Source of the DNA: Hyphomicrobiales bacterium
GTDB lineage: Bacteria > Pseudomonadota > Alphaproteobacteria > Rhizobiales > Beijerinckiaceae
Direction: 5' to 3'
Assembly: GCA_046091665.1 (NCBI GenBank)
Contig: JBJTCD010000017.1
Coordinates: 15,115 to 79,114, forward strand
Length of the DNA: 64,000 nt
Part shown: piece by piece, positions 1 to 10,824 of the stretch
Layout: every line of letters begins with the position of its first letter
How positions within the stretch are numbered: the first letter of the stretch is position 1
The notes under the pieces: model-generated
Seen by the model: only the letters and a program-made list of their open reading frames with translations
Told to the model about the DNA's origin: nothing
The model's database searches: none
Position numbers and translations under genes: made by a program

Positions 1-1
1 G

Positions 2-3000
2 CCGGAGCCCGGCCATTATGCCGCGGGTCATGTGTTTTTGCCGCGCGATCCGGAAGGCCGCAAATTATGCGAGACGATCATTGAAAAAGTCGTCGCGGAA
101 GAAGGTCAAATTTTTCTGGGCTGGCGCGATGTGCCTGTTCACACCGCATGCCTCGGCGAAAGCGTGAAGCCGACAGAGCCTATGCATCGTCAAATCTTCA
201 TCGCGCGCAACAACTCGATCACCGACATCGATACATTCGAGCGTCGTTTGTTCTTGCTGCGCAAAGTGATCTCGAACACGATTTATAATCTCAACAATCC
301 GGCAACGGCGGGCTTCTATCCTGTCTCGCTCTCCGCGCGGACACTTGTTTACAAGGGCATGTTGCTCGCCACCCAGCTTGGTGATTATTTCCCCGATCTC
401 AAAGACAAGCGTCTTGAGTCAGCGGTTGCGCTTGTACATCAACGGTTTTCAACCAACACATTCCCGACTTGGTCACTCGCGCATCCTTATCGCATGGTGG
501 CGCATAATGGCGAAATCAATACGCTGCGCGGCAATGTGAACTGGATGGCCGCGCGCCAAGCCTCTGTCGCGTCGCCGCTCTTCGGCGAGGAAATTTCAAA
601 GCTCTGGCCGATTTCCTATGAAGGACAATCGGACACGGCGTGTTTTGACAATGCACTCGAATTTCTTGTGCAAGGCGGATACTCGCTCGCGCATGCCGTG
701 ATGATGCTGATCCCTGAAGCGTGGGCTGGCAATCCGTTGATGGATGAACAGCGCCGCGCATTCTATGAATATCACGCAGCGTTGATGGAACCATGGGACG
801 GCCCTGCAGCCATTGCCTTCACCGATGGTCGCCAGATTGGTGCCACGCTTGATCGCAACGGTTTGCGCCCTGCGCGTTATTATGTGACCGATGATGGCCT
901 TGTCGTGATGGCGTCCGAGATGGGTGTGTTGCCGGTTCCGGAAGAAAAGATCGTCACCAAATGGCGTTTGCAACCAGGCAAAATGTTGCTTGTTGATCTT
1001 GAACAAGGCCGCATCGTTTCTGACGAAGAGATCAAGGAGTCGCTTGCGAAAGCGCATCCCTATACAGAGTGGGTTGAAGCGACCCAGATCGTCTTGGAAG
1101 ATTTGCGCCCTGTGGAACCGCGTGCCGCACGCACCGATGTGTCCCTGCTCGATCGTCAACAGGCTTTTGGATACACGCAAGAAGATTTGAAAATCTTGCT
1201 CGAGCCAATGGGCGCGAAGGGTGAAGAAGCGATTGGTTCGATGGGCACGGATACGCCGATCTCCGCGATGTCCGACAAGTCGAAGCTGCTTTACACTTAT
1301 TTCAAGCAGAATTTCGCACAGGTGACGAATCCGCCGATCGATCCGATCCGCGAAGAACTCGTGATGTCGCTTGTGTCCTTCATTGGACCGCGGCCAAATA
1401 TTTTTGATCGCGAGGGCAATTCACGTCGCAAGCGGCTTGGAGTGCGCCAACCGATTTTGACAAATGGCGATCTCGAAAAGATCCGCTGCATCGGCCATTT
1501 CGAAGATTCATTCGATACGAAAACACTCGACATCACTTATCCGGTGGAGCAAGGCGAAGCCGGTATGCATGATGCGCTTGAGCGTTTGTGCGAGCGCGCG
1601 GAAGCGGCTGTGAAAGGCCGTTACAACATCATCGTGCTCTCTGATCGCATGATCGGGCCGGATCGCATTCCGTTGCCTGCGCTTCTCGCGACCGCAGCGG
1701 TTCATCATCATTTGATCCGCAAGGGCTTGCGCACTTCTGTGGGTCTGGTTGTTGAAACGGGTGAAGCGCGTGAAGTGCATCACTTCGCGTGTCTCGCTGG
1801 TTATGGTGCGGAAGCGATCAACCCCTATCTCGCTTTTGAAACGCTGCATGCGCTTGCAAAAGACATGGGCTTGAAACTCTCGCCTTACGAAATCGAGAAG
1901 CATTATATCAAATCCATCGGCAAAGGCATTTTGAAGGTTATGTCCAAAATGGGCATCTCGACCTATCAATCCTATTGTGGCGCGCAGATTTTCGATGCGA
2001 TTGGCCTCTCCGATGAATTCATCGCGAAATATTTTGCTGGTACACATTCGCGCATCGGCGGTGTGGGCCTGAATGAAATTTCGCGCGAAACAGTCACTCG
2101 TCATGCGGATGCGTTTGGCACCAATCCGGTGTTGCGTAACGCACTCGATGTCGGCGGCGAATATGCCTATCGCTTGCGCGGTGAAGCGCATGCTTGGTCA
2201 CCGCAATCGGTGGCGCTGTTGCAACATGCGGTGCGCGGCAATGCCCAAGATAAATATCGTGACTATGCAAAGCTCCTGAATGATCAGAGCGAACATTTGC
2301 TCACCATTCGCGGGCTCTTCCGCATCAAGTCGGCGGAAGAAGATGGTCGTAAGCCCGTGCCGTTGGAAGAAGTTGAATCCGCAAAGGACATCGTCAAGCG
2401 TTTTGCGACGGGTGCGATGTCATTCGGTTCGATCTCGCGTGAAGCGCATACAACGCTTGCGGTGGCGATGAATCGCATCGGTGGCAAATCAAATACAGGT
2501 GAAGGCGGCGAAGAATCGGATCGCTTCAAGCCTTTGCCGAATGGTGACTCAATGCGCTCGGCAATCAAGCAAGTGGCATCCGGTCGCTTCGGCGTGACGA
2601 CGGAATATCTCGTCAATTCCGACATGATTCAAATCAAGATGGCGCAAGGCGCGAAGCCCGGCGAAGGCGGTCAATTGCCGGGTCACAAAGTCGACTCGAC
2701 GATTGCCAAAGTGCGTCACTCGACCCCGGGCGTCGGCTTGATCTCGCCTCCGCCGCATCATGACATCTATTCGATCGAAGATTTAGCGCAGCTGATTTAC
2801 GATCTGAAAAATGTGAACCCTTCGGCGAATGTATCGGTAAAGCTCGTTTCCGAGATCGGCGTCGGTACTGTGGCTGCGGGCGTTTCAAAAGCGCGCGCGG
2901 ATCATGTGACGATTTCAGGTTTTGAAGGCGGCACGGGTGCGTCACCCCTCACCTCGATCAAACATGCCGGTTCACCTTGGGAAATCGGCTTGGCCGAAAC

Positions 3001-4354
3001 GCATCAAACGCTTGTGCTCAATAATTTGCGCTCGCGCATCGCGGTGCAAGTTGATGGCGGCATTCGCACGGGTCGTGACGTTGTCGTCGGCGCGCTTTTG
3101 GGAGCGGACGAATTCGGTTTCGCCACGGCACCTTTGATCGCAGCAGGCTGCATCATGATGCGCAAATGTCATTTGAACACTTGCCCTGTGGGTGTTGCAA
3201 CGCAGGATCCTGTTTTGCGTAAGCGTTTTGTTGGTCAGCCCGAACATGTGATCAATTTCTTCTTCTTTGTCGCCGAAGAAGTGCGCGAGATCATGGCGGC
3301 GCTTGGCTATCGTAAATTCGATGAAATGGTTGGCCAGATGCAGATGCTTGATCGTGATCGTGCGATTTCGCATTGGAAGGCCAATGGTCTTGATTTCTCA
3401 AAACTCTTCTCCAAGCCGCGTGCGGCGAAGGCTGAAGACATTCATCATTCAGCGACGCAAGACCATCATCTCGAAACAATTCTTGATCGCACTCTGATTG
3501 AGAAGTCGACGGATGCGCTTGAATCGAAAAAGAAGGTTTCAATCGAAGCGACAATCAAGAGCCTCAATCGTACAACGGGCGCGATGCTCTCGGGTGAAGT
3601 GGCGAAGCGCTATGGCCATAAAGGTATGCCAGATGACACGATCCATGTGAAACTCAATGGCACGGCGGGCCAGAGCTTCGGCGCTTGGGTTGCACGCGGC
3701 ATCACGCTTGAGCTTGAAGGCGAAGCGAATGACTATGTCGGCAAAGGCCTCTCAGGCGGTCGCTTGATTGTTTATCCGTCTAAGAACGCGAAGAAAATTG
3801 TACCGGAAGAATCAATCATCGTCGGCAACACGGTTCTTTATGGCGCGATCTCGGGCGAATGTTATTTCCGTGGCGTCGCTGGTGAACGTTTCGCCGTCCG
3901 CAACTCCGGCGCGATTGCCGTTGTTGAAGGCACTGGCGATCATGGCTGCGAATATATGACCGGTGGTATTGTTGTAGTGCTTGGCAAAACGGGGCGTAAT
4001 TTCGCAGCCGGCATGTCGGGCGGCGTCGCCTATGTGCTCGATGAAGATGATACATTCAGCAAGCGTTGCAATCTTTCAATGGTCGAACTTGAAACAGTTC
4101 AGCCAGAAGAAAAGAACGCGACTGAACCTTTCGAGCTCATGGCGCATATGACGCGACAAGATGCGGAACGTTTGAAGCTCCTCATCGAAAATCACGAGCG
4201 CCACACGGGTTCGACGCGCGCGCGCATGATTCTTGATAATTGGGCGAACTATCGCGGCAAATTCAAGAAGGTCATGCCAACAGAATATCGTCGTGCATTG
4301 CGTGAATTGATGGCCGAAAACGAGAACCGTCCTTTGGCGGTTGCGGGAGAATAA
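2..4354 (+). CDS. gltB: Glutamate synthase (NADPH) large subunit, 5' end cut by the window edge
   Basis: The frame is open back to base 2 ([16 protein letters not shown]...). The translation shows the amidotransferase region ([17 protein letters not shown]), the FMN barrel ([30 protein letters not shown]), a Cys cluster ([22 protein letters not shown]) and the C-terminal GXGXG-type domain. Confidence 0.97.
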   Translation, partial: PEPGHYAAGHVFLPRDPEGRKLCETIIEKVVAEEGQIFLGWRDVPVHTACLGESVKPTEPMHRQIFIARNNSITDIDTFERRLFLLRKVISNTIYNLNNPATAGFYPVSLSARTLVYKGMLLATQLGDYFPDLKDKRLESAVALVHQRFSTNTFPTWSLAHPYRMVAHNGEINTLRGNVNWMAARQASVASPLFGEEISKLWPISYEGQSDTACFDNALEFLVQGGYSLAHAVMMLIPEAWAGNPLMDEQRRAFYEYHAALMEPWDGPAAIAFTDGRQIGATLDRNGLRPARYYVTDDGLVVMASEMGVLPVPEEKIVTKWRLQPGKMLLVDLEQGRIVSDEEIKESLAKAHPYTEWVEATQIVLEDLRPVEPRAARTDVSLLDRQQAFGYTQEDLKILLEPMGAKGEEAIGSMGTDTPISAMSDKSKLLYTYFKQNFAQVTNPPIDPIREELVMSLVSFIGPRPNIFDREGNSRRKRLGVRQPILTNGDLEKIRCIGHFEDSFDTKTLDITYPVEQGEAGMHDALERLCERAEAAVKGRYNIIVLSDRMIGPDRIPLPALLATAAVHHHLIRKGLRTSVGLVVETGEAREVHHFACLAGYGAEAINPYLAFETLHALAKDMGLKLSPYEIEKHYIKSIGKGILKVMSKMGISTYQSYCGAQIFDAIGLSDEFIAKYFAGTHSRIGGVGLNEISRETVTRHADAFGTNPVLRNALDVGGEYAYRLRGEAHAWSPQSVALLQHAVRGNAQDKYRDYAKLLNDQSEHLLTIRGLFRIKSAEEDGRKPVPLEEVESAKDIVKRFATGAMSFGSISREAHTTLAVAMNRIGGKSNTGEGGEESDRFKPLPNGDSMRSAIKQVASGRFGVTTEYLVNSDMIQIKMAQGAKPGEGGQLPGHKVDSTIAKVRHSTPGVGLISPPPHHDIYSIEDLAQLIYDLKNVNPSANVSVKLVSEIGVGTVAAGVSKARADHVTISGFEGGTGASPLTSIKHAGSPWEIGLAETHQTLVLNNLRSRIAVQVDGGIRTGRDVVVGALLGADEFGFATAPLIAAGCIMMRKCHLNTCPVGVATQDPVLRKRFVGQPEHVINFFFFVAEEVREIMAALGYRKFDEMVGQMQMLDRDRAISHWKANGLDFSKLFSKPRAAKAEDIHHSATQDHHLETILDRTLIEKSTDALESKKKVSIEATIKSLNRTTGAMLSGEVAKRYGHKGMPDDTIHVKLNGTAGQSFGAWVARGITLELEGEANDYVGKGLSGGRLIVYPSKNAKKIVPEESIIVGNTVLYGAISGECYFRGVAGERFAVRNSGAIAVVEGTGDHGCEYMTGGIVVVLGKTGRNFAAGMSGGVAYVLDEDDTFSKRCNLSMVELETVQPEEKNATEPFELMAHMTRQDAERLKLLIENHERHTGSTRARMILDNWANYRGKFKKVMPTEYRRALRELMAENENRPLAVAGE

Positions 4355-4355
4355 G

Positions 4356-5774
4356 ATGGGCAAGGTCACTGGATTTCTTGAGATTGATCGTCGCGACCGT
4401 AAATATGGTCCGGCTGCCGACCGCATCCGCAATTACAAAGAATTTGTGATCCCGCTTTCAGAAGAAGCGACACGCGATCAAGCCGCGCGGTGCATGAATT
4501 GCGGCATTCCATATTGCCATAATGGGTGTCCGGTGAATAACCAGATTCCCGATTGGAACGATCTTGTCTATCAAGGTGATTGGGAAGAGGCTTCGCGCAA
4601 TCTTCATTCGACCAATAATTTTCCGGAATTCACGGGTCGTGTGTGCCCTGCGCCTTGCGAAGCGAGCTGCACACTGAATTTGAATGATCAACCTGTAACG
4701 ATCAAAACCATCGAATGCGCGATTGTCGATCGCGCTTTTGCTGAAGGCTGGGTCAATGCCGAACCTGCACCACGCTTAACCGGGAAGCGTGTCGCGATTG
4801 TGGGTTCAGGTCCCGCAGGTCTTGCCGCCGCGCAGCAACTCGCGCGCGCTGGTCATGAAGTTCATGTATTTGAAAAAAATGGAAAGCCCGGCGGATTGCT
4901 ACGTTATGGCATTCCTGATTTCAAAATGGAAAAACATCTGATTGATCGTCGCGTGAAGCAGATGGAAGCCGAAGGCGTTGTGTTCCATTGCGGCGTTCAC
5001 ATTGGCAAAGACAAAGCGATTGCCGATCTCACTTCCGCTTATGATGCGGTGGTGCTTGCGGGGGGCGCAGAAAAGCCGCGCGATCTTCCGGTGCCGGGGC
5101 GCGATCTTTCGGGCATTCATTTTGCAATGGATTTTCTTCCGCAACAAAATCGTCGCGTTGGCCATGAACACTTGAAGTCGAATATGCCGATTATTGCCAA
5201 TGGCAAGCATGTTGTTGTGATTGGTGGTGGTGACACGGGTTCTGATTGTATAGGCACATCGGTGCGCCAAGGCGCGCTCTCGGTGACGCAGATTGAAATC
5301 ATGACCAAACCCCCAGAGAAGGAAGATAAACTTCTCACATGGCCGAATTGGCCGATGAAGCTCAGAACCTCTTCAAGCCATGAAGAAGGTGCTGAACGTG
5401 ATTTCGCCGTGAACACGGTTTCATTTGATGGTGAAGACGGCAAAGTCACTTCGCTCACTTGCGTGCGTGTCGATGATAAATTCCAACCGATCCCCGGCAC
5501 GGAATTTCAACTACGCGCGGATCTTGTGTTCTTGGCCATGGGATTTGTTTCACCCGTGCAAAACGGCATGGTGAAAGAACTAGGCGCCAAGCTTGATGCG
5601 CGTGGCAATGTTGCTGCCGATACGGTTGCTTATAAGACCAGCGTCGAAAAGGTCTTTGCCTGTGGAGATATGCGTCGTGGTCAATCGCTGGTCGTTTGGG
5701 CCATTCGTGAAGGCCGTCAGGCTGCTCATGCGGTTGATAAGCATTTGATGGGCACAACCACGCTGCCGCGTTGA
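4356..5774 (+). CDS. gltD: Glutamate synthase small subunit
   Basis: ATG 4356 sits 1 nt after the gltB stop and is preceded by GGGAGA. It has an Fe-S Cys motif ([16 protein letters not shown]...CPAPCEASC) and a dinucleotide fold ([14 protein letters not shown]). The upstream TTG at 4341 was rejected as the start. Confidence 0.95.
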   Translation: MGKVTGFLEIDRRDRKYGPAADRIRNYKEFVIPLSEEATRDQAARCMNCGIPYCHNGCPVNNQIPDWNDLVYQGDWEEASRNLHSTNNFPEFTGRVCPAPCEASCTLNLNDQPVTIKTIECAIVDRAFAEGWVNAEPAPRLTGKRVAIVGSGPAGLAAAQQLARAGHEVHVFEKNGKPGGLLRYGIPDFKMEKHLIDRRVKQMEAEGVVFHCGVHIGKDKAIADLTSAYDAVVLAGGAEKPRDLPVPGRDLSGIHFAMDFLPQQNRRVGHEHLKSNMPIIANGKHVVVIGGGDTGSDCIGTSVRQGALSVTQIEIMTKPPEKEDKLLTWPNWPMKLRTSSSHEEGAERDFAVNTVSFDGEDGKVTSLTCVRVDDKFQPIPGTEFQLRADLVFLAMGFVSPVQNGMVKELGAKLDARGNVAADTVAYKTSVEKVFACGDMRRGQSLVVWAIREGRQAAHAVDKHLMGTTTLPR

Positions 5775-5787
5775 GCGATGTAGGCGC

Positions 5788-7020
5788 TCAATTCACTTTG
5801 AGCGCTTCGAGCACCCGGCGGTTGGGATACCCATCCGGTCGCAAGCCCGCACGCTCTTGAAAATCACGCAGCGCTTCTCTCGTGCGCGAACCAATACGGC
5901 CATCGGCTTTACCGACATCATAGCCAAGGCGCGTCAAAGCGCGTTGCAATTCAATCCGTTGCGAAAAAGCCAAAAGCTGATCCTCAGTGGGCCATGCTGC
6001 CTGAATGCGTGATCCACCATTGAGAAGATCACCAAGATTTGCAACGCCAAGCGCGTAAGCATCAGACGCATTGTAGCGTTTGATGACGTTGAAATTCGAT
6101 GTCACAAGAAAAATCGGACCATCGGCGCCCGCAGGATAAAACACGCTACCCTGTCCATCTTGCGGCAAAGCCTGCCCATCGGCACGCGTCACACCACGCG
6201 CGCGCCATTCGGCAAATGATGCATCATGCACACGATAATCAAACCCTTTTGGCAGCGCGACTTCAAAGCCCCAAGGCTGGCCCGAGCGCCAGCCATTCTC
6301 TTTCAAATAATTCGCCGTTGACGCAAGCGCATCGGGAACCGATTTCCAAATGTCTTTATGACCGTCGCCATCGAAATCTTCTGCAAAGCGCCAGAAAGAT
6401 GAAGGCATGAATTGCGTCTGCCCCATCGCGCCCGCCCAAGAGCCTTTGAAATCTGCGCGCGCAACGTGACGCTCTTCAAGAATGCGCAAAGCATTGATCA
6501 ACTCATCGCGAAAATACGTGCCGCGATAACCGATGGAGGCTAAAGTGACGAGGGAGCGAATAACGTCTTTACCCCCCGTGTAGCTTCCGAAATTCGTCTC
6601 CATCCCCCACACACCGAGGATCACTGAGCGATCAACGCCATAGCGCGCTTCAACAGCTGAAACCGCTTGCTCATAGTCACGCATGACGCGTTGGCCGCGC
6701 TCAAGTCGGGCGGATGACGTCGCATTCGCGAGATAATCCCAGATGGGTTTTACAAATTCCGATTGTTTCTTGGTGAGAGCAATCACCTCGGCATCGGGGG
6801 TCATATTTTTGAACGCCGCGTCGAATGTGGCGCGCGACACGCCCCGCGCCCGCGCCTGCGGCCACAACCGCTCGATAAAGCCTGAAAAGCGGTCATTTTT
6901 CTTTGCTGATGATTTTACCTGAAGCGACACCTCGGACTTGGAAGGCCCCGCGAAAACCGCCGGGCTTGCTGCGATCAAGCCCGCAACCACTGCAAAAAAG
7001 AGAGAAATCCGCCGCATCAC
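5788..7020 (-). CDS. Lytic murein transglycosylase (MltB/SLT_2 type) with a C-terminal peptidoglycan-binding repeat
   Basis: It has a signal peptide (MMRRISLFFAVVAGLIAASPAVFAG), a transglycosylase core (GVWGMETNFG, GAMGQTQFMPSSF) and a PG_binding_1-like tail (LTRLGYDVGKADGRIGSRTREALRDFQ). Confidence 0.85.
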   Translation of the reverse strand: MMRRISLFFAVVAGLIAASPAVFAGPSKSEVSLQVKSSAKKNDRFSGFIERLWPQARARGVSRATFDAAFKNMTPDAEVIALTKKQSEFVKPIWDYLANATSSARLERGQRVMRDYEQAVSAVEARYGVDRSVILGVWGMETNFGSYTGGKDVIRSLVTLASIGYRGTYFRDELINALRILEERHVARADFKGSWAGAMGQTQFMPSSFWRFAEDFDGDGHKDIWKSVPDALASTANYLKENGWRSGQPWGFEVALPKGFDYRVHDASFAEWRARGVTRADGQALPQDGQGSVFYPAGADGPIFLVTSNFNVIKRYNASDAYALGVANLGDLLNGGSRIQAAWPTEDQLLAFSQRIELQRALTRLGYDVGKADGRIGSRTREALRDFQERAGLRPDGYPNRRVLEALKVN

Positions 7021-7196
7021 TGTCCGATCCCGATGAGTTTCGCTCCCAATCTCAAGTGATTTGGTTAAATTTTATTGACCATTTAGCCCTCTTTTCTCAA
7101 AGGCTGGGAACGATTTTGGTTTTCGGACCATTTTTGCTAGGAGAAAACCGTGAATAGTCTCTGGCGTCGCTCAGTCATAACCGGAACAGATCAGGC

Positions 7197-8063
7197 ATGA
7201 AACCAATCCGCAAGGCCGTCTTCCCCGTCGCTGGTCTCGGCACGCGGTTTCTGCCCGCCACGAAAACCATTCCCAAAGAAATGTTGCCGGTCGTCGATAA
7301 GCCGGTCATTCAGCATGTTGTTGAAGAAGCGCGCGCGGCGGGTATTGAACATTTCATCTTTGTCACCGGACGCGGCAAAGGCGCTATCGAAGATCATTTC
7401 GATCACGTCTTTGAATTGAATGCGACACTTCAACAACGCGGCCGCGATACTGATCTCGCACGGTTGAAAGAGAATACACCGCTTGCCGGTTGCACGAGCT
7501 TCACGCGGCAGCAGGAACCTCTGGGTCTTGGTCATGCTGTGTGGTGTGCGCGTGATCTTGTTGGCGATGAACCTTTCGCCGTGCTCTTGCCCGATATGTT
7601 GCATGAGGGCACAACACCTTGTCTCGCTGACATGATTAAAGAACAGGCGGATCATGGCGGTCAGGTGATAGCGGCCTATGAAGTGCCTAACCACGAAACA
7701 CATCGTTATGGCATTCTCGATCTTCACGGTGAGACGAAAGGAACGCCGCGCATTCATGCGATGATTGAAAAGCCGCAAAAGGGCAAAGCGCCATCGAATT
7801 TTGCAATCTCGGGGCGTTATATTCTATCGCCCGAGATTTTTGATGTTCTTGAACACCAGCCGCGTGGTGCGGGCGGTGAGATTCAGCTCACCGATGCGAT
7901 GGTGACACTGATGAATACCATGCCCTATCATGCGCATCTCTTTCGCGGCCGCGTTTTTGATACCGGACACCAATTGGGGTTTTTAACTGCCAATATTGCT
8001 TATGCGCTGAAGCGGCCTGATATCGGGCAAGAATTGCGCACCATCATTAAAGAGTTAATGTAG
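7197..8063 (+). CDS. galU: UTP-glucose-1-phosphate uridylyltransferase
   Basis: The N-terminus KAVFPVAGLGTRFLPATKTIPKEMLPVVDKPVIQ is diagnostic for GalU. The 288-aa length is typical. Confidence 0.93.
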   Translation: MKPIRKAVFPVAGLGTRFLPATKTIPKEMLPVVDKPVIQHVVEEARAAGIEHFIFVTGRGKGAIEDHFDHVFELNATLQQRGRDTDLARLKENTPLAGCTSFTRQQEPLGLGHAVWCARDLVGDEPFAVLLPDMLHEGTTPCLADMIKEQADHGGQVIAAYEVPNHETHRYGILDLHGETKGTPRIHAMIEKPQKGKAPSNFAISGRYILSPEIFDVLEHQPRGAGGEIQLTDAMVTLMNTMPYHAHLFRGRVFDTGHQLGFLTANIAYALKRPDIGQELRTIIKELM

Positions 8064-8067
8064 CTTC

Positions 8068-9051
8068 ATGACGCTTTCGAATTCTGATCATCCCGCTCTC
8101 GCCTCGGCACTTCGAACCATCGCCACAGAAGGCGAAGGTCTATCGCATCTCGCTGAAGCTTTGCGCGGTTCACTTGGCGGCGCTTTTACGCAAGTGATTG
8201 ATAAAATCATCGCCGCACAGGGCCGCGTGATTGTTTCAGGTATGGGCAAATCAGGCCATGTCGGTCGCAAGATTGCCGCGACACTCGCGTCAACAGGAAC
8301 GCCTGCGCATTTCGTTCATCCGAGTGAAGCGAGCCATGGCGATCTCGGCATGATTCAGGATGATGATATCATCATCGCCATGTCGTGGTCTGGCGAATCT
8401 GTAGAACTTGCCGATCTCGTCGCCTATGCCAATCGATTCAATGTCACTCTGATTGCACTAACATCCAATGCTGAAAGCGCACTTGGAAAGGGCGCTGACA
8501 TCTGCCTCACTTTGCCTAAGGCCAAAGAAGCCTGCCCGAATGGTTTGGCGCCAACAACATCAACCACAATGCAGCTCGCGATGGGTGATGCGATTGCGAT
8601 TGCGCTGCTTGAAAGCCGCGGCTTCACATCGAATGATTTCCGCCGCTATCATCCCGGTGGAAAGCTTGGCGCGCAATTGCGTCAAGTGCGTGCGATCATG
8701 CATACAGGTGATCGTCTTCCGCTTGCAAAGCCAAATGACACTATGGCCGATGCGGTTGTGACGATCAGCTCAAAAGGTTTTGGTTGTGTCTTGGTGATTG
8801 ATGCGCAAGGGCAACTTGCCGGTCTTGTCACCGATGGTGACTTGCGTCGCCATATGTCACCCGATCTATTGAGCCGTTCGGTGGAATCGGTGATGACACG
8901 GAATCCGAAAACAGTGCCGCCCGAAACACTTGTCGCCGAAGCACTTGAAATTATGGAAAGCCGAAAGATCAGCGCCTTGGTGGTACTTGAAAATCAAAAA
9001 CCTGTCGGGCTGATCCATCTCTTAGATTTATTGCGCATCGGTGCGGCTTAG
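8068..9051 (+). CDS. kdsD: Arabinose-5-phosphate isomerase (KpsF/GutQ/KdsD family; SIS domain plus two CBS domains)
   Basis: It has a SIS motif (VIVSGMGKSGHVGRKIAATLASTGTPAHF) followed by a CBS pair (LAGLVTDGDLRR..., VGLIHLLDLLR). At 327 aa it matches the family. Which paralogue it is (kdsD or kpsF) is not resolvable from here. Confidence 0.85.
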   Translation: MTLSNSDHPALASALRTIATEGEGLSHLAEALRGSLGGAFTQVIDKIIAAQGRVIVSGMGKSGHVGRKIAATLASTGTPAHFVHPSEASHGDLGMIQDDDIIIAMSWSGESVELADLVAYANRFNVTLIALTSNAESALGKGADICLTLPKAKEACPNGLAPTTSTTMQLAMGDAIAIALLESRGFTSNDFRRYHPGGKLGAQLRQVRAIMHTGDRLPLAKPNDTMADAVVTISSKGFGCVLVIDAQGQLAGLVTDGDLRRHMSPDLLSRSVESVMTRNPKTVPPETLVAEALEIMESRKISALVVLENQKPVGLIHLLDLLRIGAA

Positions 9052-9055
9052 AAAA

Positions 9056-10123
9056 TCAAATCCAACCTTGCAATTCACGCAAAACAACGGATTGGATGAC
9101 GTCCAATCCTTCATCTGAATCATTCAGACACGGCACATAGGCGAATTTCTCGCCGCCATGATGCATGAAATGCTCACGGTTTTCGCCTTCGATTTCTTCG
9201 AGTGTTTCGAGACAATCAGCCGAGAAGCCCGGTGCAATCACCATCACTTTCTTGATGCCTTTTTCAGGCAACTCGCCCATCGTATCGATGAGATAGGGTT
9301 TCAACCATTCTTCATTGCCAAAACGCGATTGGAAGCAAACCATAAATTTTTCTTTTGGTAATTGCAGCGCTTCGCGCAACAACCGTCCCGTTTTCATGCA
9401 TTGGCAATGATAGGGATCACCTTTGAGCAGATAAGATTCTGGTACACCATGGAATGAGGCGACGATCATATCCGGCTCAAAATCAATTTCCGCTTTTTTC
9501 GCTTGAATGGTTTTGGCGAGCGCATCAATATAAACAGGATCATCATGCCAAGGTGGTGCGACACGGATTGCCGGTTGCCACCGCATCTCCATCAAGGATT
9601 GAAAGGCTTTGTCACATGCGGTTGCTGACGTTGCCGCGCAGGATTGCGGATAAAGCGGCACGAGGAGAATGCGATCACATCCTGCAGCTTGCAAGGCTTT
9701 CAAACGCTCGGGCGTTGAAGGATTGCCATAGCGCATACCCCAATCAACAATGATGCGGTCATCCATCATTGATAATTTGCCCGCAAGCTTTTCGGCTTGT
9801 GAACGGCTGATCGTTTTCAGCGGGCTTTCGTTCAGCTCTTTGTTCCAGATCGAATCATAGTCCTTACCTTTACGGCCAGGACGCACCGTCAAAATGATCA
9901 GATTCAGAATCGGCCACCACAAAAGGCGCGGCACTTCGATCACGCGGCGATCGGAGAGAAATTCTTTGAGATAACGCCGCATCGACCAATAGTCGGTTGC
10001 ATCGGGTGTGCCGAGATTGAGAAGCAAAACGCCGATCTTGCCCGCATTGACCTTCGGATGATCAGAAGGCAGGCGGATGTCCGCACGGCGGGCGGCGGGG
10101 CGGAACATCGCGGTCATCAGCAA
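9056..10123 (-). CDS. hemH: Ferrochelatase
   Basis: The family signature runs throughout (GVLLLNLGTPD, RYGNPS, LVPLYPQ, FSFHGVPxxY-like ASFHGVPESYLLKGDPYHCQC). The exact start among the N-terminal Met codons is uncertain. Confidence 0.92.
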   Translation of the reverse strand: MLMTAMFRPAARRADIRLPSDHPKVNAGKIGVLLLNLGTPDATDYWSMRRYLKEFLSDRRVIEVPRLLWWPILNLIILTVRPGRKGKDYDSIWNKELNESPLKTISRSQAEKLAGKLSMMDDRIIVDWGMRYGNPSTPERLKALQAAGCDRILLVPLYPQSCAATSATACDKAFQSLMEMRWQPAIRVAPPWHDDPVYIDALAKTIQAKKAEIDFEPDMIVASFHGVPESYLLKGDPYHCQCMKTGRLLREALQLPKEKFMVCFQSRFGNEEWLKPYLIDTMGELPEKGIKKVMVIAPGFSADCLETLEEIEGENREHFMHHGGEKFAYVPCLNDSDEGLDVIQSVVLRELQGWI

Positions 10124-10322
10124 GCCTCTTTCAAAGATCCAATGGCAAGATTACGATCCATAAAGCGTCCCGGATTGCGGGAGAAGCCTAATTTAGACCT
10201 CAACCCTCCTTTGAGGGGTCTAAAATATCGGTAGCGCGCGAGATGAAGGATTGCGCCTAGCCCGGCTTCGCGCTAGCCGGAAGAAGCAAAGCATACGGAT
10301 CGGGCAATTGAGGATCGGACCC

Positions 10323-10556
10323 ATGGCCAAACGCGGTATCAATTTCAAAAATCTCCTGACACTGGTGAGCGTCGCCATTCTGGTCGGCGTGGAGTTTTTG
10401 GGTGTCGCCGTGGCCGCCGGTTGGGCTCTTGCGGGTCTTTTTGGCCTAAGCCAGACGCTGGAAACAGTTTTGATGACCGCTTTTGGGGCTCTGGGCGTTT
10501 ATGCGTTATTTGTCTTCATGCGCCGCGCGGTCACGGTTGAACCGGTTCGCGGCTAA
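10323..10556 (+). CDS. Small two-TM membrane protein, function unknown
   Basis: From ATG 10323 the translation gives MAKRGINFKNLL followed by two hydrophobic helices. I recognise no family. The longer TTG-initiated ORF from 10251 is less likely. Confidence 0.4.
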   Translation: MAKRGINFKNLLTLVSVAILVGVEFLGVAVAAGWALAGLFGLSQTLETVLMTAFGALGVYALFVFMRRAVTVEPVRG

Positions 10557-10558
10557 TT

Positions 10559-10578
10559 TGTAATGTTATAACATTACA
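10559..10578. promoter_or_regulatory. Zur-box-like perfect 20-bp palindrome upstream of the zinc uptake operon
   Basis: tgtaatgttataacattaca is its own reverse complement. It lies 58 nt upstream of the first ORF of an operon encoding a ZnuA/TroA-type transporter and a COG0523 GTPase. The AT-rich GTAATGTTATAACATTAC-type inverted repeat is the operator form I recall for alphaproteobacterial Zur. Confidence 0.75.
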
Positions 10579-10635
10579 TTTTTCTGGATTGGGGGCTAGG
10601 CCGATGCTAGAAGAGCACCGGAAAAGAGCCCCGCA

Positions 10636-10824
10636 ATGTCCACCTCAAGCCCTCACCACGATCATGGCCACCCCCATCACGATCATGGCCACCACCATGA
10701 TGCCCCAAAGGGTTTAGCCTTTGGTGTAAGCCTCATGAGCCAATCTGCGCTTCTGCGCTGCACTTATGTGGTTGCGATTCTGGTGCCGCTCTGGATCGCC
10801 GTGTTGTGGGTCATCCGCTCATGA
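10636..10824 (+). CDS. His-rich 62-aa membrane-anchored micro-protein, first ORF of the Zur-controlled operon
   Basis: The translation is MSTSSPHHDHGHPHHDHGHHHDAPKG..., with a C-terminal hydrophobic helix (VVAILVPLWIAVLWVI). Its stop overlaps the ATG of the ABC ATPase (ATGA at 10821-10824). Confidence 0.5.
   Translation: MSTSSPHHDHGHPHHDHGHHHDAPKGLAFGVSLMSQSALLRCTYVVAILVPLWIAVLWVIRS

Noticed and set aside
5771-5791. The hairpin ttgagcg-atgtagg-cgctcaa between the convergent gltD and mltB-like genes, considered as a bidirectional terminator.
   Set aside because: The stem is only 7 bp, it overlaps both stop codons, and no U-tract is present on either strand.
10170-10215. An imperfect hairpin (ttagacc...ggtctaa) in the hemH upstream region, considered as a riboswitch or sRNA.
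   Set aside because: The stems are short and asymmetric, I recognise no conserved motif, and no T-tract follows. It cannot be distinguished from chance.
10636-10700. The His-codon-rich start of the micro-ORF was considered as a histidine-operon-style attenuation leader, or as a slippage-prone DNA tandem repeat.
   Set aside because: The context is a Zur-box zinc operon, not his biosynthesis. No terminator/antiterminator pair follows. The duplicated unit (two 21-nt copies) is imperfect, and the ORF continues into a TM helix and couples to the next gene.
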